Source: Armatimonadota bacterium
GTDB taxonomy: Bacteria; Sysuimicrobiota; Sysuimicrobiia; Sysuimicrobiales; Kaftiobacteriaceae
NCBI GenBank assembly: GCA_037440005.1
Contig: JBBIUY010000011.1
Coordinates: 1 to 64,000, forward strand
Direction of reading: 5' to 3'
DNA: 64,000 nt
Position numbers and translations under genes: made by a program. Under the pieces are notes generated by a model. That model ran no database searches and was not told the DNA's origin. It saw only the letters and a program-made list of their open reading frames with translations. Shown here one piece after another: positions 19,724-30,196 of this stretch. The first letter of the stretch is position 1; each line of letters starts with the position of its first letter.

Positions 19724-21052
19724 ATGCCTGCGCCCGTCGTGGTGATCGTCGGCCGCCCCAACGTGGGCAAGTCGGCCCTGTTCAACCGCCTGGTGGGCCG
19801 GCGGACCGCCATCGTGGAGGACATCCCCGGCATCACCCGGGACCGCCTGCACGGCCGGGCGGTCTGGCGGGGGCGGGAGTTTGAGGTCGTGGACACCGGC
19901 GGGCTGCTGTCCCACCCCACCGAGCCCCTCCAGGAGCAGGTCCAGCGCCAGGTCGCCCGGGCCCTGGAGGAGGCCGACCTGGTGCTGTTCGTGGTGGACG
20001 CCCGCGCCGGGGTGCTGCCCGAGGACCGGGACATCGCCCAGCGCCTGCGGGAGAGCCGCCGGCCGGTGGTGCTGGTCGCCAACAAAGCCGACCGCCCGGG
20101 CCATCCCGGGGTCTACGAGATGTACGAACTGGGGATGGGCGATCCCCTGGCGGTCTCGGCGCTGCACGGCCTGGGCATCTCCGATCTGCTGGACCGGGTG
20201 GTGGAGCTGCTGCCCGCCGGCGAGCCGGAGGACCGCGCCCCGGAGGTCCCGGTGGCGGTGGTGGGGCGGCCCAACGTGGGCAAGTCCTCCCTGGTCAACG
20301 CCATCCTGGGCGAGGAGCGGGTCCTCGTGGACGCCGCCCCCGGCACCACCCGGGACGCGGTGGACACCCCCTTCGTCCGCGGCGACCGGCGCTTCGTCCT
20401 CATCGACACCGCCGGGCTGCGCCGCAAAGCCCGGATCAGCGACCTGGTGGAGCGCTACAGCGTGACCCGCACCCTCCGGGCCGTGGACCGCGCCCACGTG
20501 GTGGTGCTGGTCCTGGACGCCTCCCAGCCGCCGGCGGATCAGGACCAGGAGATTGCCCGCCTGACCAGCGAGCGCGGCCGGGCGCTGGTCCTGGCGGTGA
20601 CCAAGTGGGACCTGGTGAGCCCGTCCCCCGAGCCCCGGGACGCGATCCTGGCCCCGGTGCGGGCCGCGATGCGGTTTGTCTCCTACGCCCCGGTGGTGGT
20701 CACCTCGGCGGTGCGCGGGTGGGGGATCGGCGCCCTGGTGGACCGGGTGGCGGAGGCGGCGGACGCCCACGCCCGGCGGGTGGCCACCGGGCCGCTCAAC
20801 CGCGTGCTGGCCGAGGCCGAGGCGGCGCACCCGCCGCCGACCGACGGCGCCGGGCGCCACCTGAAGATCTACTACGCGACCCAGCCCGCCGTCCGGCCGC
20901 CCACCATCGTCCTGTTTGTCAACGACCCCGACCTGGTGACCGAGGACTACCGGCGGTACCTGGACGCCCGGCTGCGGGCGGCGTTTGACTTCCGGGGGAC
21001 GCCTCTGCGCCTGGTGTTCCGGGCCCGGGAGCGGGCGGCGGCGCGTCGGTGA
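19724..21052 (+). CDS. der: Ribosome biogenesis GTPase Der
   Basis: Two GRPNVGKS G-domains plus KH-like tail. Confidence 0.96.
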   Translation: MPAPVVVIVGRPNVGKSALFNRLVGRRTAIVEDIPGITRDRLHGRAVWRGREFEVVDTGGLLSHPTEPLQEQVQRQVARALEEADLVLFVVDARAGVLPEDRDIAQRLRESRRPVVLVANKADRPGHPGVYEMYELGMGDPLAVSALHGLGISDLLDRVVELLPAGEPEDRAPEVPVAVVGRPNVGKSSLVNAILGEERVLVDAAPGTTRDAVDTPFVRGDRRFVLIDTAGLRRKARISDLVERYSVTRTLRAVDRAHVVVLVLDASQPPADQDQEIARLTSERGRALVLAVTKWDLVSPSPEPRDAILAPVRAAMRFVSYAPVVVTSAVRGWGIGALVDRVAEAADAHARRVATGPLNRVLAEAEAAHPPPTDGAGRHLKIYYATQPAVRPPTIVLFVNDPDLVTEDYRRYLDARLRAAFDFRGTPLRLVFRARERAAARR

Positions 21053-21666
21053 TGGGAGCGGCGGTGGTGCTGCTGGGCTACCTGGTGGGGTCGGTGCCCA
21101 CGGGCCTGCTGGTGGTGCGGGCGCTGACCGGCACCGACATCCGGCGGGCCGGCAGCGGCAACATCGGGACCGTCAACGTGCTGCGCGTGGCCGGGGCGGC
21201 GGCCGGAGCGCTGGTCCTGGCCGTGGACGTGGCCAAGGGTCTGCTGCCCGTCCTCCTGGCCCGGTCGGCGGGCCAGCCGGTCCCGGTGCAGGCGGCGGCC
21301 GGGCTGGCCGCCGTGGCCGGGCACAACTGGTCGGTGTTCCTGCGTCTGGGCGGGGGCAAAGGCGTGGCGACCTCCCTGGGAGTTCTGGCGGGCCTGTCCC
21401 CTGTGGCGGCGGCCGTGGCGGCGGGGGTGTGGCTGGGGGTGGTGGCCGCCACCCGGTACGCCTCCGCCGGTTCGCTGCTGGCCCTGGCGGCGGCGGCGGT
21501 GACGATGCTCGCGCGTACAGAGCCGGCGCCCCACCTCCTTGCCGGGGCCGCGCTGGGCGCCCTGGCCCTGTGGCGCCACCGGGCCAACCTCGCGCGCCTG
21601 CGGGACGGGACCGAACTGACCCTCACCGGACGGTCGCCGACTGGCCGGCGCGGGACGGGGGCATAG
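21049..21666 (+). CDS. plsY: Glycerol-3-phosphate acyltransferase PlsY
   Basis: GSGNIGTVN, GGKGVAT, RHRANL. Confidence 0.94.
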   Translation: MMGAAVVLLGYLVGSVPTGLLVVRALTGTDIRRAGSGNIGTVNVLRVAGAAAGALVLAVDVAKGLLPVLLARSAGQPVPVQAAAGLAAVAGHNWSVFLRLGGGKGVATSLGVLAGLSPVAAAVAAGVWLGVVAATRYASAGSLLALAAAAVTMLARTEPAPHLLAGAALGALALWRHRANLARLRDGTELTLTGRSPTGRRGTGA

Positions 21667-21673
21667 GGAGGAT

Positions 21674-22276
21674 GTGAGCGACATGACGGTTCCCGACCTG
21701 CGAGTCCAGTTGCTGGCTCTGGCGGTCCTGCTGCTGCTGGTGGCCGTGCTCGTGCTGCGCCGGGTTCTGGCCCGGCGCACGGCCGACCGGGCGCTGCGGG
21801 ACCCTCTGACGGGCGTGTACACCGCCGACTTCATGCGCGAGGTGTACCAGGCCGAGCTGCGCCGCGCCGAGCGCACCGGCGTGCCCTTTTCGGTGGCCCT
21901 GGCGGCCCTGTGGGACGAGGGAGGGACCGCCCGCCCGCTGCCGGCCGACGCGGACGTGGCGGCGGCCCGGTGGTTGCGGGAGAGCCTGCGCGGCAGCGAC
22001 TACATCGGCCGGCTGGGCGCCGGGCGGTTTGCCATCGTCCTCCCCGAGACCTGGGAGGAAGACGCCCGCATCGTCCTGGCCCGCATCGACCGGTCGTTCC
22101 GGTACCGGCCCCGGGGCGGGCCGGACCGCTGGCTGACGTGCAGCGTGGGGATGGCCACCTGGAGCCCCGAGCAGCCGCACGCCTGGGAGGAGGCCGAGCG
22201 AATCCTGGACCAGGCGCTGCGCACGGCCCGCCAGCCCTCCGGGTCCCTGGCGCCCACCCACCTGCCCCCTGCCTGA
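21674..22276 (+). CDS. Membrane-anchored degenerate GGDEF-domain protein
   Basis: N-terminal TM, RDPLTG, LRGSDYIGRLGAGRF in place of RxGGDEF. Confidence 0.75.
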   Translation: MSDMTVPDLRVQLLALAVLLLLVAVLVLRRVLARRTADRALRDPLTGVYTADFMREVYQAELRRAERTGVPFSVALAALWDEGGTARPLPADADVAAARWLRESLRGSDYIGRLGAGRFAIVLPETWEEDARIVLARIDRSFRYRPRGGPDRWLTCSVGMATWSPEQPHAWEEAERILDQALRTARQPSGSLAPTHLPPA

Positions 22277-22308
22277 CGGCTCCTGTTCCCCGGCCCGCGC
22301 GATCCCGC

Positions 22309-22314
22309 TATAAT
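22309..22314 (+). promoter_or_regulatory. -10 box for tRNA-Pro
   Basis: Perfect TATAAT 9 nt before the tRNA 5' end. Confidence 0.65.
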
Positions 22315-22323
22315 CAACGGTGT

Positions 22324-22399
22324 CGGGCCGTGGCGCAGATGGGAGCGCGCTTCCTTGGGGTGGAAGAGGTCGCCGGTTCAAGTCCGGCCGGCCCGACCA
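22324..22399 (+). tRNA. tRNA-Pro (GGG)
   Basis: Acceptor CGGGCCG/CGGCCCG, anticodon arm CTTCC-TTGGGGT-GGAAG, GGTTCAAGTCC T arm, encoded CCA. Confidence 0.96.
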
Positions 22400-22409
22400 G
22401 CGCGTGGTC

Positions 22410-23594
22410 ATGGCGGTGCCGCGGCTGCGCCCCGTTGAGGCCTATCCCGTCCGCATTCACGGCCGTTCCCTGATCTGCCTGCGGGACCCCGACGGCATCC
22501 TCGACGAGCCGGTCTTCCTGCCGCCCCGCACGTTTTTGATCGCCTCCTTGCTGGACGGCCGCGCCGACGTGGTGGACGTCCAGGCCGCCTTCGCCCGGCA
22601 GACCGGCGGCGAACTGCTGCTGTCCAACGAGGTGGCCCGGGTCGTCGAGGAGCTGGACCGCCTGGGCCTGCTGGACTCCGAGGCGTTCCGCCGGCGGCGC
22701 CGCGACCTGGAGGCCCGGTTCCGGGCGGCCCCGGTGCGGCCCGCCCGCTTCGCCGGTCGGTCCTATCCGGCCGACCCGCAGGTCCTGCGGGCCGAGTTGG
22801 ACGGCTACCTGTCCGCGGTGCGCGAGGACGAGCTGGCAGGCTTGGCGCCCCGGGGGGTCATCGCGCCCCACATCGACTTCGCCCGCGGCGGGTGGTGCTA
22901 CGCCTGGGCGCACCGGGCCCTGGCCGCCGCCTCCTCCCGGCGCGTGCTGATCCTGGGGGTGGCCCACGGCGGGGCGGCGCAGCCGTTCGTCCTCACCCGC
23001 AAACCGTTTGCCACTCCCCTGGGGACGGTGCCGGTGGACCGGGAGGTGGCCGACCTGCTGGAGGCGCGCCTGGGCGACCTCTGCGCCGGGGAGTTCGCGC
23101 ACCGGGCCGAACACTCCATCGAGTTCCAGGTGGTGTTCCTCCAGCACCTGTCCTCCCCGCCGCCGGCCATCGTGCCCGTGCTGTGCGCCCCGGGGGCCGC
23201 CGACGGCCCGTCCCCCCGGGGCCAGGCCGCGGTGGAGCGGTTTGTGGACGCCGTCCGGGAGGCGATGGCCTCCGGGGACCTGGCGGTCCTGGCCAGCGTG
23301 GACTTCAGCCACGTGGGCCCGCGCTTCGGCGACCCCGAGCCCGCCGACCGGGCCCTGGCGGTCCGGACCGCAGCCGGCGACCGCGCGCTGCTTGAGGCCA
23401 TCTGCTCCGGCGACGCCGAGGCGTTCTGGGCGGAGGTGTCCAGGGACGGCAACCCCCGCCGGGTGGACGCGGCGTGGCCGGTCTACGTGGCGCTGCGCAT
23501 CCTGCACCCGTGCCGGGGGCGGCTCCTCCGCTACGGCCAGGCCCCCGACCCCGCCGGGGGCCTGGTGTCCTTCGCCAGCGTGGCCCTCCTGTAA
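22410..23594 (+). CDS. amrB: MEMO1/AmmeMemoRadiSam protein B family with N-terminal winged-helix-like extension
   Basis: [27 protein letters not shown]. Confidence 0.85.
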   Translation: MAVPRLRPVEAYPVRIHGRSLICLRDPDGILDEPVFLPPRTFLIASLLDGRADVVDVQAAFARQTGGELLLSNEVARVVEELDRLGLLDSEAFRRRRRDLEARFRAAPVRPARFAGRSYPADPQVLRAELDGYLSAVREDELAGLAPRGVIAPHIDFARGGWCYAWAHRALAAASSRRVLILGVAHGGAAQPFVLTRKPFATPLGTVPVDREVADLLEARLGDLCAGEFAHRAEHSIEFQVVFLQHLSSPPPAIVPVLCAPGAADGPSPRGQAAVERFVDAVREAMASGDLAVLASVDFSHVGPRFGDPEPADRALAVRTAAGDRALLEAICSGDAEAFWAEVSRDGNPRRVDAAWPVYVALRILHPCRGRLLRYGQAPDPAGGLVSFASVALL

Positions 23595-23670
23595 GGCGAC
23601 AGGGGCCCGGCCGGGCGCCGGCGTAGTGAGAGAGAAAACCCTCACGACCTGCGCCGGGGGAGGGGGACCC

Positions 23671-25626
23671 ATGGGAGAGCGGACCATCGAGGCCCTGTTG
23701 ATGGAGGACCGTACCTTCCCGCCGCCCGAGGAGTTCCGCCGGAGGGCCGTCGTCAGCGACCCGCGGGTGTACGAGGAGGCCGAGCGCGACCTGGAAGGGT
23801 TCTGGGCCCGGGCGGCGTCGGAACTGCACTGGTTCCGCCCGTGGGACACGGTCTTGGACTGGCAGCCGCCCTACGCCCGCTGGTTCGTCGGCGGGCAGAC
23901 CAACCTGGCCTACTACTGCGTGGACCGCCACGTGCGCGCGGGACGGCGCACCAAGGCGGCGCTGATCTGGGAGGGGGAGCCCGGCGACGACCGGGTCCTG
24001 ACCTACGGCGACCTGGACCGGGAGGTCAACCGGTTCGCGGGCGTGCTGCGGGAGCTGGGGGTGCGCCGGGGCGACCGGGTGGCCATCTACCTGCCGATGA
24101 TCCCCGAGCTGCCCATCGCCATGCTGGCCTGCGCCCGCATCGGCGCCGCTCACACGGTGGTCTTCGGAGGCTTTTCGGCCGAGGCGCTGCGGGACCGGAT
24201 CCTCGACGCCCGGGCCACCGTGCTCGTCACCGCCGACGGCGGCTGGCGGCGGGGCCAGGTGGTGCCTCTCAAGCGCAACGCCGACGAGGCCCTGGAGGGA
24301 GCGCCGGACGTCCGGCACGTGGTGGTGGTGCGGCGGGTGGGGGAGGCGGCTCCCGTCCCGATGCGGCCGGGCAGGGACCACTGGTGGCACGAGCTGATGG
24401 CGTCCGCCCCGCGGCGGGTAGAGCCCGAGGCGATGGACAGCGAGGACCTGCTGTACATCCTGTACGCCAGCGGCACCACCGGCAAGCCCAAGGGCATCGT
24501 GCACACCACCGGCGGCTACATGGTGGGGACCTACCTGACCACCAAGTGGGTCTTCGACCTGCACGACGACGACGTCTACTGGTGCACCGCCGACATCGGG
24601 TGGGTCACCGGGCACTCCTACATCGTCTACGGCCCGCTGGCCAACGGCGCCAGCGTGGTGATGTACGAGGGCAGCCCCGACTACCCGGACCGGGACCGGT
24701 TCTGGGCCATCGTGGAAAAGTACGGGGTGACCATCCTGTACACCGCCCCCACCGCCATCCGCACCTTCATGAAGTGGGGACCCCGGTTCCCCGCCCGGCG
24801 GGACCTGTCCACCCTGCGGCTGCTGGGCACCGTGGGCGAGCCCATCAACCCCGAGGCGTGGGTGTGGTACTACCGCCACATCGGCGGCGAGCGGTGCCCC
24901 ATCGTGGACACCTGGTGGCAGACCGAGACGGGGATGATCCTGATCACCCCGCTGCCCGGCCTCACCACCCTCAAACCGGGGTCGGCCACCCGGCCGTTTC
25001 CCGGCGTGGCCGCCGAGGTGGTGGACGACGCGGGGCGCCCGGTGTGGCCCGGGCAGGGCGGGTACCTGGTGCTGACCCGGCCCTGGCCGGCGATGCTGCG
25101 GGGGATCTACGGGGACCCCCGGCGCTACGAGCAGCAGTACTGGGGCCGCTTCCCCGGCGTCTACTTCACCGGGGACGGCGCCAAAAAGGACGCCGACGGG
25201 GACTTCTGGCTGCTGGGGCGGGTGGACGACGTGATCAACGTGGCCGGCCACCGCATCGGCACCTACGAGGTGGAGTCGGCCCTGGTGGACCACCCGGCGG
25301 TGGCCGAGGCGGCGGTGGTGGGGGTGGCCCACGAGATCAAGGGACAGGCCATCGCCGCCTTCGTCACCCTCAAGGAGGGCCAGCAGGCGTCCAACCCGGC
25401 CACCGTCGAGGCGCTGCGGGAGCACGTGGTGCGCAAGATCGGCGCCCTCGCCCGCCCCGAGCGCATCCTGTTCACCGCCGAGCTGCCCAAGACCCGCAGC
25501 GGCAAGATCATGCGCCGGCTCCTGCGGGACATCGCCGAAGGCCGGGTGCTGGGGGACACCACGACCCTGGCCGACCCGTCGGTGGTGGCGGCCCTCAAGC
25601 AGCGCTACGAGGAGGAAGCCGGCTAG
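23671..25626 (+). CDS. acs: Acetyl-CoA synthetase (AMP-forming)
   Basis: [39 protein letters not shown]. Confidence 0.95.
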   Translation: MGERTIEALLMEDRTFPPPEEFRRRAVVSDPRVYEEAERDLEGFWARAASELHWFRPWDTVLDWQPPYARWFVGGQTNLAYYCVDRHVRAGRRTKAALIWEGEPGDDRVLTYGDLDREVNRFAGVLRELGVRRGDRVAIYLPMIPELPIAMLACARIGAAHTVVFGGFSAEALRDRILDARATVLVTADGGWRRGQVVPLKRNADEALEGAPDVRHVVVVRRVGEAAPVPMRPGRDHWWHELMASAPRRVEPEAMDSEDLLYILYASGTTGKPKGIVHTTGGYMVGTYLTTKWVFDLHDDDVYWCTADIGWVTGHSYIVYGPLANGASVVMYEGSPDYPDRDRFWAIVEKYGVTILYTAPTAIRTFMKWGPRFPARRDLSTLRLLGTVGEPINPEAWVWYYRHIGGERCPIVDTWWQTETGMILITPLPGLTTLKPGSATRPFPGVAAEVVDDAGRPVWPGQGGYLVLTRPWPAMLRGIYGDPRRYEQQYWGRFPGVYFTGDGAKKDADGDFWLLGRVDDVINVAGHRIGTYEVESALVDHPAVAEAAVVGVAHEIKGQAIAAFVTLKEGQQASNPATVEALREHVVRKIGALARPERILFTAELPKTRSGKIMRRLLRDIAEGRVLGDTTTLADPSVVAALKQRYEEEAG

Positions 25627-25693
25627 AGATCCGCCAATAGACATACGGCCGGCCGACGACCGAACCGGCCGACACGCCAGGAGGTGGCAGCGC

Positions 25694-27163
25694 ATGGCAG
25701 AGGACCGGCAGGACCGGTGGGTCCGCGTCGCCGACAACCGGTGGCGGCGGATCTCCCGGCGGGAGTTCCTCAAGCTGACCGCGGCGGGCGCCGCCGGCGC
25801 GGGGCTGGCCGCCAGCGGGTTCGGGTCGCTGCTGACCACCATCGTCCGGGCCCAGCAGCGGGAGCTGCGGATCCTGACCTGGAGCCACTTCGTCCCGGCG
25901 TTCGACGAGTGGTTCGACCCCTGGGCCCAGCGGTGGGGCCAGAGCAAGGGGATCCGGGTCACGGTGGACCACGTCTCCTTCGCCGACATCCCCCCGCGGG
26001 CCAACGCCGAAGTGGCCGCCCAGCAGGGCCACGACCTGTTCTTCTTCCTCTCGCCGCCGTCGGCGTTCGAGCAGCAGGTCCTGGACCTGACCGACATCAA
26101 CCAGGAGGCCGAGCGTCGGTACGGCCCCATGGTGCCCCTGGTCCGCAAGAGCACCTACAACGCCAACACCCGCAAGTTCTTCGGATTCTCGGACAACTGG
26201 GTGCCCGACCCCGGCGACTACCTCAAGAGCGTGTGGACCGCCGTGGGCTTTCCCAACGGTCCGTCCACCTGGGAGGACCTGCTGACCGCGGGGCGGGAGA
26301 TCAAGCGCAGGTTCCCGGAGATCCAGATCCCCATCGGCATCGGGTTCTCCCAGGACATCGACTCCAACATGGCCACCCACGCCATCCTGTGGTCGTTCGG
26401 GGCGTCGGAGCAGGACGCCAACGAGAACGTGGTCCTCAACTCCGAGGAGGCGGTGCGGGCGGTGGAGTTCGGGGCGCGGCTGTTCCGGGAGGTGATGAAC
26501 CCGGCGGTCCTCAGCTGGAACGCCGCCAGCAACAACCAGGCCCTCAACGCCCGGCAGACCGCCTACATCCTCAACTCCATCTCCGCCTACCGCACGGCCC
26601 AGGACAACCGGCTGCCGGTGGCCGACGACATCCACTTCGTGCCCGCCCTGCGGGGGCCGCGGGCCCGGTGGGCCAGCGAGCACGTGATGGGCGTGTGGGT
26701 CATCTGGAAGTTTGCCCGCAACCCCGACAACGCCAAGGCGTTCCTGCTGGACCTGGTGGACAACTACCGGGAGGCGGTGATCGCCAGCAAGCTGTACAAC
26801 TTCCCGTCGTTCATGGGCTCGGTGGCCGCCAAGAGCGTGCCCGTGGCCCAGAAGCCCGACGAGGGGCGCAAGTGGGTGCGGGCGGCGGTCCTCAACGACC
26901 CGTTCGGCAGCAACCCGCGCAACAAGCTGGCGGTCCTGGCCGACGCCGAGCAGTGGTCCACCAACCCGGGACACCCCGGGCCGGCCAACCCGGCCATCGG
27001 GGAGATCTTCGACACCTTCCTGATCCCGGACATGTTCGCCAAGGCCGCCACCGGCCAGATGACGCCCAAGCAGGCGGTGGAGGAGACCCACCGGCGGGTG
27101 AAGGAGATCTTCACCAAGTGGCGCCGGCTGGGATTGGTGGGGGGAGGGAGCGGAGACCGCTAG
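25694..27163 (+). CDS. Carbohydrate ABC transporter substrate-binding protein, Tat-exported
   Basis: SRREFLK twin-arginine signal; WSHFVP; precedes ATPase and two permeases. Confidence 0.88.
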   Translation: MAEDRQDRWVRVADNRWRRISRREFLKLTAAGAAGAGLAASGFGSLLTTIVRAQQRELRILTWSHFVPAFDEWFDPWAQRWGQSKGIRVTVDHVSFADIPPRANAEVAAQQGHDLFFFLSPPSAFEQQVLDLTDINQEAERRYGPMVPLVRKSTYNANTRKFFGFSDNWVPDPGDYLKSVWTAVGFPNGPSTWEDLLTAGREIKRRFPEIQIPIGIGFSQDIDSNMATHAILWSFGASEQDANENVVLNSEEAVRAVEFGARLFREVMNPAVLSWNAASNNQALNARQTAYILNSISAYRTAQDNRLPVADDIHFVPALRGPRARWASEHVMGVWVIWKFARNPDNAKAFLLDLVDNYREAVIASKLYNFPSFMGSVAAKSVPVAQKPDEGRKWVRAAVLNDPFGSNPRNKLAVLADAEQWSTNPGHPGPANPAIGEIFDTFLIPDMFAKAATGQMTPKQAVEETHRRVKEIFTKWRRLGLVGGGSGDR

Positions 27164-27280
27164 CGCGGGCCCGCCGCAGTCCCGGCGCGACGGGGGGATG
27201 CGGGACCGTCACGGGCACCCGGGCGGGTGCCGCGGTCCCGCGTTCCCCTGTTCCGGCCTTCCCCCGCCGGGAGGACAGTG

Positions 27281-28318
27281 ATGGCGTACGTGGAGACGCG
27301 CAACCTGCACAAGCACTTCGGGGAGGTCCGCGCCGTCGACGGCGTGGACCTGGCGGTCCGCGAGGGCGAGCTGCTGGTCCTGCTGGGCCCGTCGGGGTGC
27401 GGCAAGACCACCCTGATGCGGATGATCGCCGGACTGGAGCAGCCCACCGCCGGCGAGATCTACATCGCCGGCGAGCGGGTGGATGCCGACGTGCCCCCCC
27501 GCGCCCGGGGGGTGGCCATGGTCTTCCAGAGCTACGCCCTGTACCCCCACAAGACCGCCTTCGGCAACATCGCCTTCCCCCTGGAGGCCCTGGGGCGCCC
27601 GCCGGCGGCCATCGGGGACGCGGTGCGCAAGGCCGCGGGCATGTTCGGCATCGGCCACCTGCTGGGCCGCCGGCCCCGCCAGCTGTCCGGGGGCGAGCGC
27701 CAGCGGGTGGCTTTGGCCCGGGCGGTGGTGCGGTCGCCCCGGGTGTTCCTGTTCGACGAGCCCCTGTCCAACCTGGACGCCAAGCTGCGGGCGGTGGCCC
27801 GGTTTGAGCTCAAGCAGTTCCAGCGCCAGATCGGGACCACCACCATCTACGTGACCCACGACCAGGTGGAGGCCATGGGGCTGGGCGACCGCATCGCCGT
27901 CATGGACCGGGGCAAGGTGCGCCAGGTGGGCACCCCCCAGGAGGTCTACGACAACCCGGCCGACACCTTCGTGGCCACGTTTTTGGGGTCGCCGCCGATG
28001 AACCTGGTGGAGTGGGGCGCCGACACGCTGCTGGGGTTCCGTCCCGAGTCGTTCCAGCCCCGGGCGGTCTTCGGCCCCGACGAGGACCTGCTCACCCTGC
28101 GCCTGCGGGTGCGGGAGGTGGAGCACCTGGGGTCCAGCCGCCTGGTGTACGGGACGCTGGAGGAGCGGGCCCGGTCGGACCAGCCGGTGATCGCCGACCT
28201 CCCGGTCACGGTGACGACCCCCATCGCCGAGGGCGAGGTGTACGACTTCGCCGTCCGGCGCGCCGCCCTGCGCTACTTCGACGCCCGGACCGGGCTGCGC
28301 CGCCATGGCCCTGCGTAG
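27281..28318 (+). CDS. Sugar ABC transporter ATP-binding protein (MalK-like)
   Basis: GPSGCGKT, VFQSYALYPH, LSGGERQR, DEPLSNLD. Confidence 0.93.
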   Translation: MAYVETRNLHKHFGEVRAVDGVDLAVREGELLVLLGPSGCGKTTLMRMIAGLEQPTAGEIYIAGERVDADVPPRARGVAMVFQSYALYPHKTAFGNIAFPLEALGRPPAAIGDAVRKAAGMFGIGHLLGRRPRQLSGGERQRVALARAVVRSPRVFLFDEPLSNLDAKLRAVARFELKQFQRQIGTTTIYVTHDQVEAMGLGDRIAVMDRGKVRQVGTPQEVYDNPADTFVATFLGSPPMNLVEWGADTLLGFRPESFQPRAVFGPDEDLLTLRLRVREVEHLGSSRLVYGTLEERARSDQPVIADLPVTVTTPIAEGEVYDFAVRRAALRYFDARTGLRRHGPA

Positions 28319-29243
28319 GGAGGCGGCGGTGCCCGCCGCGGCGGTGGCCGTCCGGCGCCGCACGGCGGGGGACCGGGAGGACCTGCTGGGCCGGCTGATG
28401 CTGGCCCCGGCCCTGGCGTACGTGATCCTCCTGGTGGGTGCGCCCCTGGTCCTGGCCGTCCTGCTGAGCTTCACCTCGGCTACCGCCGGCAGCCTGACCT
28501 TCACCTGGGTGGGCCTGGCCAACTTCAGCCGGCTCGTCCGGGACAGCCAGTTCCAGCTGGCCCTGCGCAACACCGTGGTGTTCACCCTGGTCTCCCAGGC
28601 CCTGGTGATCGTCCTGGCGGTGACGGCCGCCCACGTGCTGGACGCGGCGTTCGTGGGCCGGCGGGCGGTCCGGTTCCTGCTCCTGCTGCCCTGGGCGGCG
28701 CCCGTGTCCCTGGCGGCCATGGCGTGGACGTGGATCTTCGACTCCACCTTCAGCGTCATCAACTGGACCCTGAAGGTGGCCGGGCTGCTCCGGGGCTGGC
28801 TGTACTGGTTCGGGGACCCCACCCTGGCCATGATCGCCATCATCACGGTGCACGTGTGGCGCATGTTCCCCTTCGCCACCGTGGTGGTCCTGGCGGGCAT
28901 GAGCGCCATCCCCCAGGACATCCGGGAGGCGGCCGTCATCGACGGCGCCGGATTCTTCCGCCGGCTGGTCTCCGTCCAGCTGCCCCTGCTGCTGCCCATC
29001 GTGACCGTGTCGGTCCTGTTCGGGGTGGTGTTCACCTCCACCGACCTGGGGGTGGTGTGGCTGCTGACCCGGGGCGGACCCTACAACAGCACCCACGTCC
29101 TGTCCACCCTGGCGTTCCAGCGGGGCATCCTGGGCGCCAGCCTGGGGCAGGGGGCGGCGGTGGCGCTGTTCCTGCTGCCGGTGCTGGTGGTGGTGGCGGC
29201 GGTGATGCTGCGGGTGGCCCGGCGGGCGGAGGTGGGCGCATGA
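28305..29243 (+). CDS. Sugar ABC transporter permease
   Basis: EAAVIDGA loop, TRGGP. Confidence 0.92.
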   Translation: MALRREAAVPAAAVAVRRRTAGDREDLLGRLMLAPALAYVILLVGAPLVLAVLLSFTSATAGSLTFTWVGLANFSRLVRDSQFQLALRNTVVFTLVSQALVIVLAVTAAHVLDAAFVGRRAVRFLLLLPWAAPVSLAAMAWTWIFDSTFSVINWTLKVAGLLRGWLYWFGDPTLAMIAIITVHVWRMFPFATVVVLAGMSAIPQDIREAAVIDGAGFFRRLVSVQLPLLLPIVTVSVLFGVVFTSTDLGVVWLLTRGGPYNSTHVLSTLAFQRGILGASLGQGAAVALFLLPVLVVVAAVMLRVARRAEVGA

Positions 29244-30109
29244 GGGCGCGCCGCCGGCGGGTGTGGCGGGCGGTGCAGCGGGTGGCCCTGTACGGGGCGG
29301 CGCTGGCCTTCACGGTCTTCGCCGTCTTCCCCTTCTACTGGATGCTGCTCACCGCGTTCAAGACCAACCGCGACCTGTACGTGGGCGCCACGGACCTGTC
29401 CCACATCCCGTGGATCTTCAACGAGCCCCCGACCCTGGACCACATCCGGCTGCTGCTCACCCAGACGCCCTACCTGGTCTGGGTCAAGAACACGGCACTG
29501 GTCGGCGCCCTGGTGGTGGCGATCACCCTGCTGGCGGCCGTGCCGGCCGGCTACAGCCTGGCCCGGCTGTCCGGCCGGTGGGGGGAGCGGCTGGGGATCG
29601 CCATCTTCCTGACCTACCTGATCCCGCCCACCCTGCTGTTCATCCCCTTCAGCCGGGTGATCGCCCTGCTGGGCCTGCAGAACTCCCTGTGGGCCCTGGT
29701 CCTGGTGTACCCCACCTTCACCATCCCCTTCTGCACGTGGCTGATGATGGGGTTCTTCCGGTCGGTCCCGCGGGACATCGAGGAACAGGGGATGGTGGAC
29801 GGCTACAGCCGGGCGGGCGTCATCCGGCGGGTGGTCCTGCCCCTGGCGGTGTCGGGCATCCTCACGGTGGTCATCTTCGCGTTCACCCTGGTGATGCAGG
29901 ACTTCGTGTACGCCCTGACCTTCATCAGCTCGGTGGGCCGGATGACCGTCAGCCTGGGGGTCCCGGTGGCCCTGGTGCGGGGGGATGTGTTCTACTGGGG
30001 CTCGCTGATGGCGGCCTGCCTGATCACCAGCATCCCCCTGGCCGTGATCTACAACCTGTTCATCGACCGGTTCATCGCCGGTCTCACCGCCGGCGCCCTG
30101 AAGGGATAG
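29240..30109 (+). CDS. Sugar ABC transporter permease
   Basis: EEQGMVDG loop, WGSLMAA, GLTAGALKG. Confidence 0.92.
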   Translation: MRARRRRVWRAVQRVALYGAALAFTVFAVFPFYWMLLTAFKTNRDLYVGATDLSHIPWIFNEPPTLDHIRLLLTQTPYLVWVKNTALVGALVVAITLLAAVPAGYSLARLSGRWGERLGIAIFLTYLIPPTLLFIPFSRVIALLGLQNSLWALVLVYPTFTIPFCTWLMMGFFRSVPRDIEEQGMVDGYSRAGVIRRVVLPLAVSGILTVVIFAFTLVMQDFVYALTFISSVGRMTVSLGVPVALVRGDVFYWGSLMAACLITSIPLAVIYNLFIDRFIAGLTAGALKG

Positions 30110-30152
30110 GGCCTGCACCGCCGCCGTCCCGGCAGGCGCCGCGGGGGAAGGT

Positions 30153-30181
30153 TTGACAGCGGCGGCCGCCGCGGGTATAGT
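30153..30181 (+). promoter_or_regulatory. Sigma70-type promoter
   Basis: TTGACA-N17-TATAGT. Confidence 0.75.
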
Positions 30182-30196
30182 ACGTCGGAGCGCGGG

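Noticed and set aside
22324..22420. tRNA as an integration site
   Set aside because: No integrase and no duplicated tRNA 3' end noticed; flanks are ordinary genes.
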